A stretch of DNA of 64,000 nucleotides, from the NCBI GenBank assembly GCA_963771355.1, contig CAVYTA010000007.1, positions 736,001-800,000 on the forward strand, given 5' to 3'. A model generated the notes under the pieces. It had not been told where the DNA came from, ran no database searches, and saw only the letters and a program-made list of their open reading frames with translations. This document shows, in pieces, positions 19,628 through 30,699 of this stretch (position 1 is the stretch's first letter; every line of letters starts with the position of its first letter). The DNA comes from an uncultured Candidatus Rokubacteria bacterium. GTDB lineage: Bacteria; Methylomirabilota; Methylomirabilia; Rokubacteriales; CSP1-6. The translations under genes and the position numbers were made by a program.

Positions 19628-20982
19628 GCGAGCGGCCGGTGTGGTCGGTCTCCGAGCTGACGGCACGGATCAAGTCGCAGCTCGAGGTGGGATTTCCCAC
19701 CGTCTGGGTGGAGGGGGAGATCAGCAATCTCCGCACGCCCGGCTCGGGGCATGCCTATTTCACCCTGAAGGACGAGATGGCTCAGCTCCGCGCGGTGCTG
19801 TTCCGGGGCCGGGGCCGGCGGGTGCGCTTCGATCTGGAGGACGGCATGCAGGTGCTCGCCTTCGGCGGCCTCGACGTCTACGCCGCGCGAGGGGAGTACC
19901 AGTTGGTGGTGGAGCTGCTCGAGCCCAAGGGGCTGGGGGCGCTACAGGCCGCGTTCGAGCAGCTCAAGCGCCGGCTCGAGGCGGACGGCCTCTTCGATGG
20001 GGCCCGCAAGCGCCCGCTGCCCGCCTACCCGCGCACCATCGCCATCGTGACCTCTCCCACCGGCGCCGCCATCCGCGACATGCTCAACATCATCGGCCGG
20101 CGCTTCGGCGATCTGCGGGTGCTCATCCTCCCCGTGCGGGTGCAGGGAGACGAGGCGCCGCTGGAGATCGTGGCGGCGCTCACCGCCATCGGCGGGATGC
20201 CCGAGGTGGACGTCGTCATCGTGGGCCGCGGCGGCGGCTCCATCGAGGATCTGTGGGCCTTCAATGACGAGCGGGTGGCGCGCGCCATCTTCGCCTGCCC
20301 GTACCCGGTGATCTCCGCGGTGGGGCACGAGACGGACTTCACCATCGCCGACTTCGTGGCCGACCTCCGCGCGCCCACGCCGTCCGGCGCCGCCGAGCTG
20401 GTGGTGCGCGAGAAGCTCGAGGTGATCCGGGCGGTGACCGAGCTCTACGGGCGCCTGTGCCTCGGCATGGCCCGGCAGATGGACCAGCGGCGCGAGCGCG
20501 TCGGCGGGCTGGCGCGCCGCCGCGTGCTCACCGAGCCCGGCCGCGTGCTCCGAGAGTGGACGCGGCGGCTGGACGACGGGGCCGCGCGCCTGCATGCCGC
20601 CGTCCACCACCATCACCGGGCGCTGGGCCATCGCGCGGAGCTCGCCACAAACGCCTTGAGTTCCCAGCACCCGTTGGCTAGGATTTCCAACGGCACCGCG
20701 GTGCTCGCCCAGCTCCGCGGCCGGCTTGCCGCGTCTGCTTCCCATCGCGCCAAGGTCTCGCGGCATCGGTTCAGCGCCGCGGTGGGGCGTCTCCAGACGC
20801 TCTCACCGCTCGCGGTGCTGGGGCGCGGGTACAGCCTGACGCGTCTCCTGCCGTCGGGCACGGTGGTGCGGAGCGCGGCGCAGGTGCGCGTGGGCGACGC
20901 GATCGAGGTCCTGCTGGCGGAAGGCGCGCTGGGCGCGCGCGTGACGGACGTGAAGGAGCGAGATGACCGACATCAAGTTTGA
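19624..20982 (+). CDS. xseA: Exodeoxyribonuclease VII large subunit
   Basis: VWVEGEISN, GHAYFTLKD, RGGGSIEDLWAFN, GHETD. Confidence 0.96.
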   Translation: MSERPVWSVSELTARIKSQLEVGFPTVWVEGEISNLRTPGSGHAYFTLKDEMAQLRAVLFRGRGRRVRFDLEDGMQVLAFGGLDVYAARGEYQLVVELLEPKGLGALQAAFEQLKRRLEADGLFDGARKRPLPAYPRTIAIVTSPTGAAIRDMLNIIGRRFGDLRVLILPVRVQGDEAPLEIVAALTAIGGMPEVDVVIVGRGGGSIEDLWAFNDERVARAIFACPYPVISAVGHETDFTIADFVADLRAPTPSGAAELVVREKLEVIRAVTELYGRLCLGMARQMDQRRERVGGLARRRVLTEPGRVLREWTRRLDDGAARLHAAVHHHHRALGHRAELATNALSSQHPLARISNGTAVLAQLRGRLAASASHRAKVSRHRFSAAVGRLQTLSPLAVLGRGYSLTRLLPSGTVVRSAAQVRVGDAIEVLLAEGALGARVTDVKERDDRHQV

Positions 20983-21202
20983 GGACGCGCTGGCGCGGCT
21001 CGAGCAGATCGTGGACACGCTCGAAGCCGGCAACCTGCCCCTCGAGGAGTCGCTGAAGGCCTTCGAGGAAGGGGTGGGGCTCGCCCGCCGCTGCTCGAAG
21101 TACCTCGAGGAAGCGGAGAAGCGCATCGAGCTCCTCACCAAGGACGAGGGCGGGCTGCTCCGCGCGGAGCCCTTCACGTGGGACGAGGACAAACAGGGGT
21201 GA
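20963..21202 (+). CDS. xseB: Exodeoxyribonuclease VII small subunit
   Basis: FEDALARLEQIV..LE.G.LPLEES. Confidence 0.95.
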   Translation: MTDIKFEDALARLEQIVDTLEAGNLPLEESLKAFEEGVGLARRCSKYLEEAEKRIELLTKDEGGLLRAEPFTWDEDKQG

Positions 21203-22092
21203 GCTTCGATTTCGAGGCCTACATGAAGGACCGGGCGCGCGCGGTGGACGCGGCGCTCGAGCGCGTCCTGCCCCCCGAGAGCCGCGCGCCCGCCACCCTT
21301 CACCGCGCCATGCGCTACAGCATCTTCGCGGGGGGGAAGCGGCTGCGCCCGGTGCTGGTGATCGCGGGGGCGGAGGCGGTGGGCGGCCGGATGGAGCCGG
21401 TGCTGCCGGCGGCCTGCGCGCTGGAGATGATCCACACCTATTCGCTCATCCACGACGACCTGCCCGCGATGGACAACGACGACTATCGCCGCGGCCGCCC
21501 CACCAGCCACAAGGTGTTCGGCGAGGCCATGGCCATCCTGGCCGGTGACGGCCTGCTCACGCACGCCTTCCGCCTGCTCGCCGACTGCTGGCAGCCGGGC
21601 ATGGACGGCGCCGTCCTCCGCGACGTGGTGGTGGATCTGGCCGACGCCGCGGGCACCGATGGCATGGTGGCGGGGCAGGTGGCCGATCTGGAGGCGGAGG
21701 GGCAACGGGTCGGCGCCGACATGCTGGACTACATCCACCTGCACAAGACGGCGGCGCTGATCCGCGCGTCCATCACGGTGGGGGCCCGGCTGTCCGGCGC
21801 CGGCGGCGAGGCCCTCCGCGCGCTGGCGGTGGCGGGTCAGGCGCTGGGGCTCGCCTTTCAGATCGTGGACGACATGCTCGACGTCACCGCCACCAGCGCC
21901 CAGCTCGGCAAGACCGCCGGCAAGGATCAGGCGCAGCAGAAGGCCACCTATCCGGCCGTCCACGGGCTACCCGCCTCACGAGCCCGCGCCGAGGCGCTCA
22001 CCGGCGAGGCGCTCGACGCGCTGGCGCCGCTGGGCCTGCCCGCCGAACCCCTCCGTGCGCTCGCGCGCTTCATCCTCGAGAGAAAGGCCTAG
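21199..22092 (+). CDS. ispA: Polyprenyl (farnesyl/geranylgeranyl) diphosphate synthase
   Basis: GGKRLRP, HDDLPAMDNDDYRRG, FQIVDD, GKTAGKD. Confidence 0.93.
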   Translation: MSFDFEAYMKDRARAVDAALERVLPPESRAPATLHRAMRYSIFAGGKRLRPVLVIAGAEAVGGRMEPVLPAACALEMIHTYSLIHDDLPAMDNDDYRRGRPTSHKVFGEAMAILAGDGLLTHAFRLLADCWQPGMDGAVLRDVVVDLADAAGTDGMVAGQVADLEAEGQRVGADMLDYIHLHKTAALIRASITVGARLSGAGGEALRALAVAGQALGLAFQIVDDMLDVTATSAQLGKTAGKDQAQQKATYPAVHGLPASRARAEALTGEALDALAPLGLPAEPLRALARFILERKA

Positions 22093-23660
<1,568 letters not shown>

Positions 23661-23669
23661 CCCCGCGCC

Positions 23670-25190
23670 ATGGAGTATCTCGTCCCTGCCTTCTTCCTGA
23701 TCGCGCTGGCCATCAATGCCCGCGCCGTCTTCAAGCTGTCCCTGGACTGGAAGGGCATGCGGACCACCGTCCGCTTCGTCCGCGAGGCGTATGCCCGCCT
23801 CGCTTCCCTCCCCACCGAGGAGGTCCTGGAGCGGAACCCCGCCACGCCGGTCTTCCTGCACCTGGTGCCCGCCTACCAGGAGCCGGACATCGCGGGCACC
23901 GTCACCGCGCTCGTCTCCTCGCGCTACCCGCACGGGCATCTCCACGTGGTGGTGGTCACCAAGGAGGAGGAGGAGCGCGCCCCGCATCCCCTCATGGGGA
24001 GCAGCACGGGGGAGCTGGTGCGCCGGCTGCGCGAGACCCTGCCGCCCTATCAGCAGAAGCGGCTCACGCACGTGACCATGCCGGTGCCCGGGCGCAAGGC
24101 GCAACAGCTCAACTGGGCGCTACGCCCGGAATTCCTGCGCGAAGTCCTCGGCGACACCTATGACCCCGCCGGCGTGTTCGTGGGGGTGAGCGACGCCGAC
24201 TCGGTGCCGGATCCCGACACCTACCGCTGGATCGCCGGGCGGGAGCTCGCGGGGCAGGGGGCGCTCGCCTACCAGGGCATCCCGCTCTCCCTCGCCAACC
24301 ATGCCCGGCTCGACATCCGCGGCCGGATCTGCGCCATCCAGCAGTCCTCCATCTTCATCCGTGTCTCCATCGCCCGGCTCATCAACGAGGTGAAGCGCGT
24401 GCGGCTCTTCGCCGTCTTCGCCGCGCGGTGGCCCCGGCTCGGGGCGGCGCTGCGGCCCGCCTTCGAGCTCTTCTTCCGGCGCGCGCAGATCTGCCTCGGC
24501 CACAATCAGTTCGTCCGCCTGGACACACTCCAGGCGCTGGGGGGCTTTCCCACCTCGGGCGCCACCGAGGATTCCACCCTCGGCTATGCGCTGGGCGCGC
24601 GCGGCATCCTCATCGAGGCCATGCCCATGGTGGAGCTGACCGATCTGCCGGAGACCTCCGAGAAGGTGATCCGCCAGAACGCGCGCTGGTATCTGGGGGT
24701 GCTGGACGATATCGCCTTCCTGCGCGAGCGCTGGCGCGAGCGGAAGAGCGCCTTCAACTTCGCCCAGCTCACGCGTCACCTCGGCAACAAGGTCATCGAG
24801 TGGCCCCTCGCGGCGCTGGTGTATCCCTTCACCGGCTGGCTGGGCTGGTACCTCGCCTATCAGTACCGCGCCGAGCATCCCGTGTTCTTCTACTTCGGTA
24901 TCGGCGCGCCCACCGTATCCCTGGCCCTCACGGTGTGGGTGGGCGGCATCGTCACGCAGAATTCCATCGAGGCGCTGCGCCCGTATCTGCCGCACGCGGT
25001 GGATCTTCAGCGCAAGAGCTGGAAGGAGAAGTTCCTCGGCACCTTCCGCTGCCAGACCTACTGGCTGCTCGCCACGCGCGCGGCCTGGCGCGTGCTCTGG
25101 AGCCTATGGCGCACGGGAGTCTACGAGGCGGCGAAGACCGATCGGGTGATCGCGCGCCGGACGACCGGCCACCTAAAGCGCTCCGTGTAG
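23670..25190 (+). CDS. Membrane-bound glycosyltransferase family 2
   Basis: VPAYQEP, KAQQLN, DADS, TED, RQNARW (QxxRW). Confidence 0.85.
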   Translation: MEYLVPAFFLIALAINARAVFKLSLDWKGMRTTVRFVREAYARLASLPTEEVLERNPATPVFLHLVPAYQEPDIAGTVTALVSSRYPHGHLHVVVVTKEEEERAPHPLMGSSTGELVRRLRETLPPYQQKRLTHVTMPVPGRKAQQLNWALRPEFLREVLGDTYDPAGVFVGVSDADSVPDPDTYRWIAGRELAGQGALAYQGIPLSLANHARLDIRGRICAIQQSSIFIRVSIARLINEVKRVRLFAVFAARWPRLGAALRPAFELFFRRAQICLGHNQFVRLDTLQALGGFPTSGATEDSTLGYALGARGILIEAMPMVELTDLPETSEKVIRQNARWYLGVLDDIAFLRERWRERKSAFNFAQLTRHLGNKVIEWPLAALVYPFTGWLGWYLAYQYRAEHPVFFYFGIGAPTVSLALTVWVGGIVTQNSIEALRPYLPHAVDLQRKSWKEKFLGTFRCQTYWLLATRAAWRVLWSLWRTGVYEAAKTDRVIARRTTGHLKRSV

Positions 25191-25331
25191 TTTTTACCGG
25201 CCCCGCGGGGGCCGGTAGGCATTAAGGGTCCTCGCGCCCCCTAGATTCTCCTCCTGTAAGTAGCCGTTCCGAGGCGGTTCTCCGGTTCGACCTTGGGCAT
25301 GGCCCATGCACCTCTCCGGGAGAGAGGAGGG

Positions 25332-25817
25332 ATGACCATGCGCATCCGAGTGCTACTCAGTCTCGTCGGGATCGGGAGCGCGCTCGTCATGACCCCGGGC
25401 GTCATGGCCCAGCCGCTGGAGACCACGACGCCGCCCGCGAAGCGCGAGCCGCCGCCGCCCGCCATCCCGGACCGCGATCTCCGTCCCACGCCGCCACCCG
25501 TGCCCCATACCCCGGGCTTCCTGAATCCGCTCACCCGGAATACCAGGAACGGCCGCGTCGGCATCGCAGGCTGGACAGCGCCCAATCCGCCGGTGGGGGC
25601 TCGCGGCGCCGCCGATCCCGAGAGCTCGGGCGTGTTCGGCTTCGGGCTCGCCGCGGAGTGGGGGCGCTCCATCCCGCCGCGCGACGTGACCCCGCCCGAC
25701 GCCGGCTCGCGAGCCGGGAGCCCGCAGGCGAGCCGCCCACCGGATCGCGTCGCGCACGAGCGCGACGGCGGGGGCATGGACGGCGGAGGGGTTGACGACA
25801 GGACCAGCGTCCGGTAG
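25332..25817 (+). CDS. Secreted Pro-rich hypothetical protein
   Basis: GAGGAGG RBS, signal peptide. Confidence 0.5.
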   Translation: MTMRIRVLLSLVGIGSALVMTPGVMAQPLETTTPPAKREPPPPAIPDRDLRPTPPPVPHTPGFLNPLTRNTRNGRVGIAGWTAPNPPVGARGAADPESSGVFGFGLAAEWGRSIPPRDVTPPDAGSRAGSPQASRPPDRVAHERDGGGMDGGGVDDRTSVR

Positions 25818-25832
25818 AGTGTGATTCGTCAC

Positions 25833-25909
<77 letters not shown>

Positions 25910-25913
25910 ACAA

Positions 25914-25953
25914 ACACAAGGGGTTCGGCGCTCTCGCCGAGCCCCTTTTGTGT
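25914..25953 (+). terminator. Hairpin terminator after tRNA-fMet, repeated within the island
   Basis: ACACAAGGGGTTCGGCG..CGCCGAGCCCCTTTTGTGT. Confidence 0.75.
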
Positions 25954-25989
25954 CTCAGTTGGCCGACTTGTCCCGAAACTTGTCCCTTC

Positions 25990-26125
25990 GCGGGGCGACC
26001 ATGGCGCTGAGCGCCGGGTTCACGGCGCCGATCGTTGATGGCGGCCCTTGGCATGGAAGACGGAACGGACGATGCGGAGGTATGCGGCAGTGACGGATCA
26101 GACTCTCCGGGCGGCGGCGGAGCGT
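25990..26125 (+). pseudogene. Tyrosine recombinase C-terminal remnant
   Basis: Frameshifted GATMALSAGFTAPIV-MAALG-WKTERTMRRYAAVTDQTLRAAAE (box II W..RY); second copy at 40683-40773. Confidence 0.65.
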
Positions 26126-26457
26126 CAGGCACGCGCGCCCGAGCCGCCGACCCTCGGCCAAAGTCGAGACGCGAAACTCGCGGAGGACGTGCGCCCGGTC
26201 GGCGTTGGCGGCGGCGAAGAGTGTGTGGGGATCGGCCTCGGAGAGGGCCTCGCCCGAGTCGAAGCCGTGCATGAGGGCGAACGCGCCAAGCCGGAGGGTG
26301 AACCCATCGTCCAGGGCCCGCACCCGTCCGGCCCAGTCGTCGAAGCAGCGAGTTACTTCAGGCTGGTGAAGCATCCAATCGACGACGTCTCCATGCAGCC
26401 CCGAGCGGTCAGTGTCGAAGAAGAGGTCGGCGGGCTGGGGTGTCGCCTCGTCCTCCA

Positions 26458-26772
26458 TCACCGTTTCCCCCCGCGCGTCGCGCCCGGCGCGATCTGCCCC
26501 GAACCCGTCCGATTCCCCTTGGTGTCGTAGAGGTCGATCCGCCCGCCCTTGTCGATGGTCCCGTAGCCCGTCCGGTTGCTGGACTTGTCGTAGAAATCCA
26601 CGCGCTCGCCCTTTTTGTCGATGATGGCGGAGCCCGTCCTGTTGCTGGATTTGTCGAAGAGGTCAACGCGGGTCTCGGCGGGGCGCTCGTCGGCGAGGGC
26701 GGGGGCGGCGAGCGCAACGAGACCGAGCATCAGGCTCCCGGCGAGCGCGAGTCCCTGCCGTCCGTCAGTCAT
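26458..26772 (-). CDS. Small secreted protein with three D(L/F)(F/Y)DxxxNRTG repeats
   Basis: GGAGG RBS, signal peptide, internal repeats. Confidence 0.7.
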   Translation of the reverse strand: MTDGRQGLALAGSLMLGLVALAAPALADERPAETRVDLFDKSSNRTGSAIIDKKGERVDFYDKSSNRTGYGTIDKGGRIDLYDTKGNRTGSGQIAPGATRGGKR

Positions 26773-27026
26773 CTTGTGCCCTCCTGAGAGCATTATAGTC
26801 CCCGGCCAGCGTGGCCCGGCAGACGCGCCGGGCGTGATCAGATGGTCTCAAGGATCCTGCGCCCGAGCTTGCGATCTCTACCGGACGATGGAACCCTTGA
26901 CACAGGGTATATGTTCGTCGTGCTGAGGCGACCTTTGGAGGCCCGCGGTTTGGCTCACAGCTTTGGCTCACAGCTTAGATGGTATTGGGGGGCCCGACTC
27001 ATTCGGGGCGGTAGCGGAGCGGCAGC

Positions 27027-27767
27027 ATGCGCATGATGGCTATCTTGCTCTCCACGCTCTTCTTGCTCGCTGTCACGCATGCCGGCCCCCCCGCCGCACA
27101 GGACCGGCATTCGGCGCAGCGCGCGCGCATGGTGGCAGAAATCGCCGCAATGGCGCGCGAGACCGGCAGCGCTACCGGACGGCCGAGTTTCAGCCAGGCG
27201 GTGATGACAGTAATGGGAAGAGTCCCGCGCCATCGGTTCGTGCCTCCGCTCCAGCAGACTTTCGCTTACGAGAACCGAGCGCTCCCCATCGCTGAAGGGC
27301 AGACGATCTCGCAACCTTTCCTTGTCGCGCTGATGACGGACCTGCTTGATCCGAAGCCAAGCGACACCGTGCTGGAAGTCGGCACCGGCTCGGGCTATCA
27401 GGCCGCGGTCCTCGCGGAACTTGTGGCGAAGGTCTACACCATCGAGATCGTCGAGCCGCTCGGCAGGCGAGCGATGCAGCTCCTCGATGAGCTCGGCTAT
27501 CGTAATGTCGAGGTGCGCATCGGCGACGGCTACAATGGCTGGCCCGAAGCGGCGCCTTTCGATTCAATCGTTGTCACAGCGGCTCCGGCGGAGATCCCGA
27601 CCCCACTGATCGACCAGCTCAAGCGCGGCGGGCGAATGGTGATCCCGGGCGGAGCCTCTGACATGCAGTATCTTCTGCTCGTGGAAAAACGGCCGGATGG
27701 CACTACCACAACGAGGCGTACGCTCCCGGTGAGGTTCGTGCCCTTCACGAGAGATCGTGCGAAATAG
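27027..27767 (+). CDS. pcm: Protein-L-isoaspartate O-methyltransferase (with N-terminal signal-like segment)
   Basis: VPRHRF, GQTISQP, LEVGTGSGYQAA, APFDSIVVTAA, VRFVP. Confidence 0.92.
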   Translation: MRMMAILLSTLFLLAVTHAGPPAAQDRHSAQRARMVAEIAAMARETGSATGRPSFSQAVMTVMGRVPRHRFVPPLQQTFAYENRALPIAEGQTISQPFLVALMTDLLDPKPSDTVLEVGTGSGYQAAVLAELVAKVYTIEIVEPLGRRAMQLLDELGYRNVEVRIGDGYNGWPEAAPFDSIVVTAAPAEIPTPLIDQLKRGGRMVIPGGASDMQYLLLVEKRPDGTTTTRRTLPVRFVPFTRDRAK

Positions 27768-28092
27768 GGCCTTAAAGCCGATGACCTGCCCCCGGAGTTC
27801 GGTCACTCCCGTTGAGAGTCCGGCTGGCCCGACCCAGTCTAGAGTGCACCGCCAGATGTACCCACGGTGGTGAAGTGTAGCGGCTAGCTTCGAACCGTAC
27901 GGGGATAGCCAGCTGAGTTGCATCTGGCAGGGGTTGGGCATCTCCCGTCCTCTGCCTGCGGGACGCGGATCCCATCGGTGGGCGGTTCGACCCGGCGCCG
28001 ACCACTGCTTCCAAGGGCGTGGGCATCTCGCCGGTGGTCCTGCTACTAACGAGAATGCCCACCACGCCTTGCTCGTTCCTCGCCATGCGAGT

Positions 28093-29584
28093 CTAATTGT
28101 GGAAGGAACTGCCGAGCGGCGTCAAGCGCCATGTGAGCCAGCCGAGATGGGTGACGGGGTCCCCTGGCGGGTACGGATCGAGGGCGCGGTTGAAGTGGCC
28201 CATCAGCTCCTGTGTGTTCGGTGTGAACCACACCAGCGCCAGCAGAATCACGAGCATGGTCCCGAGGACCGCGAGGGGCTCGGGGTTCCAGCCAAGATCG
28301 ATGGCAATGGGGGCCAGGGCCGCACGCTGCGCGATATCCACATAGTAGGGCGGCGGATCGAGACCGACTCCGTTGAGGCCGCTCATCCCTCTCAGCATGC
28401 TGAGGGCCGCGGCGAAGCTCGTCGCGCGGAAGAAGACCCAGCCCACGACGACGGCGAGGAAGGTGACCAGCCAGGCCACGGCGCCCGAGGAGGGTCGAGC
28501 GCCCCAGGTCGTGGCCGAGGGCGCGCCGCAGCTCGCGCCAGCCATGGTTCACCACAGGTAGACGCCGTGCAGCGCCCCCCAGACAACGAAGGTCCAGCCG
28601 GCGCCGTGCCAGAGGCCGCCGAGCAGCATGGTGGCCATCAGGTTGACGTACCGGCGCGCCCGCCCTTGCGATTGCCGCCCAGCGGCATGTACAGATAGTC
28701 GCGCAGGAAGCGCGACAGCGTCATGTGCCAGCGGCGCCAGAACTCGATGATGTTGTGCGCCTTGTAGGGCGAGTCGAAGTTCAGCGGCAGGCGATGCCGA
28801 ACATGCGGGACGAGGCCGAGCGCCATGTCCGAGTAGCCGGAGAAATCGAAGTAGATCTGGAGCGTGTAGGCCAGCGCGCCGACCCAGGCCTACGAGCAGC
28901 ATCGGCGCGCCGCTGTGCGGCGGCCTCGAACAGCGGTCGTGCGAACGTGGCCAAGCGTGTCGGCGATCACCGCCTTCTTGAACAGGCCGAAGACGAAGAT
29001 CGTGAGGCCGGCCGCGAATTGTCCGCGTTCGAGCCGGTACGTCGCCGGGTCGCTCGAACTGCGGCATCATCTCGCGGTGATGCAGGATCGGGCCCGCGAT
29101 CAGGTGCGGGAAGAAGGTGACGAAGAGCCCGTAGTGGACGAAGCTGTACTCGCGCGCCTCGCCGCGATAGCTCGACCAGGAAGGCGATCTGCGTGAAGGT
29201 GAAGAACGAGATGCCCGAGGGGCAGGAGAGATCGACGCGGGCGCCCATTCCTTGCCCAGCAGGAGCCCCAGGTTCTCGAGCAGGAAGTTCCAGTACTTGT
29301 AGTAGCCGAGCAGGAGCAGGTTGCCGGCGATGGCGAGGATCAGCAGGAACGTCGCGGCTGTGCCCGCGCCGGGCCGGCCGCGTGCGCGATAACCGGCCGC
29401 CGTAGTTGAACAGATGGAAAGAGCAGCAGGGGCACGTAGACCGGATTCCACCAGCCGTAGAAGAAGAGCGAGGCCATCGTCAGCCAGGGGGCGGCGAGAC
29501 GAGGTGGAATCGGCCGAGCGAGAAGAAGCCGGGGAACGCGATCGGCAGGAACAGGAAGACGAACACGAACGAATTGAAGAGCAT
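28093..29584 (-). pseudogene. MBOAT O-acyltransferase (AlgI/DltB-like), multiply frameshifted
   Basis: MLFNS start, [43 protein letters not shown] spread over several frames. Confidence 0.85.
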
Positions 29585-29861
29585 ATTCAGCCTTGTATGA
29601 CGGGATCCTACTCAGGTGTTGCGTATGAGCGATCAGCCGACGTCGCGCTCGGAGAGCAGGTTGGTTTCATCGAGCAGTAAGGCGAGCTTGCGCCCCGCCG
29701 GGTCGGTGGCGTTGCCGGAGAAGCGGAGGGACAGTGTCCTCTCGCCTTCTTCCCGCCCGGAAGACGATCCGCTCGCGGTGATGCGCAGTCAGGGGGACTC
29801 GCCATGGTTGTCGCGCCGGCGGTGACACGCGGGACTTTGTTGACCGGAGCCGTGCCGACAG

Positions 29862-30340
29862 GAGGATAGGTAGCATGAACGCCTCCGGCGGCGGTGGCCC
29901 CGTCTGTGGGCGCCGTCCCCGTGACATAAGGTGCCAGACCCGAACGCTGGCCGCCCCAGGAGCCGACGGCACAGCGCACATTAGCGGCCTGCTCGCGGGT
30001 CGAACGAGCCGACCCGAGTGAGCGGCATGCTATGCCAGACACACCGCCGCCGTCAACCGGCCACGGACCGGCCGGAGCCGCGGTGATGGCGCCTCGTGGG
30101 GCGTCCGCCGCGCCCCCGAGCAGATCGGATCAGGACTTAGTGGCATGCGGTTTTCGAGGTGGCGGTGCGCGTAAAGCTGCTGAGACATTTGGTGAAAACG
30201 TGGCCGTGACGAAACACGGGATTCAAATTCGAATCTCGAACTTGAACTCGAGGGACCTGTCGCCTGCAAGTGGTTGCTGGCCCCCGAAACTAAAAGAACA
30301 CAAGGGGTTAGCGATTACGTCGCTAGCCCCTTCGTGTTTT
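29862..30340 (-). mobile_element. Miniature non-autonomous ISCR/IS91-like element (both ends, transposase deleted)
   Basis: 29862-30136 resembles 38460-38742; 30180-30340 resembles 63140-63300. Confidence 0.7.
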
Positions 30341-30539
30341 CTGCTTCCATCTTGCTGTCCGGGAGGGGTTCATAACCCAAAGGTCGGTCCACCTGAGCCT
30401 AGGAAAATACAAGGTCTCGTTGCCACCGAGGACGGTGTCCGGGGTCACGATCAACCAGAGCCTGTCTCCAGAAGAAGCGTAGCGGCCCGGGCCGTCGCGG
30501 CCGGATCACAGTTCGTGCTGCTGGCGGTGCGGCGGGGGC

Positions 30540-30680
30540 GGCGGGCGCGGTGGTCGGTGGTGGTCGGGTGGACGGCCAGCTGGTTGCGCAAGGCGAGATC
30601 CTCGAGAGCGAGCTGGCGATGGCCGCCGCCCAAGAAGGGGAGTAGCCGAACGAGGGATTGCAGATAGTCGCGAAAGGCGT
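30540..30680 (-). pseudogene. N-terminal fragment of an IS integrase-core transposase
   Basis: GHRQLALEDLALRNQLAV motif. Confidence 0.5.
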
Positions 30681-30699
30681 CAGGATGCCGGCAGGTCTT

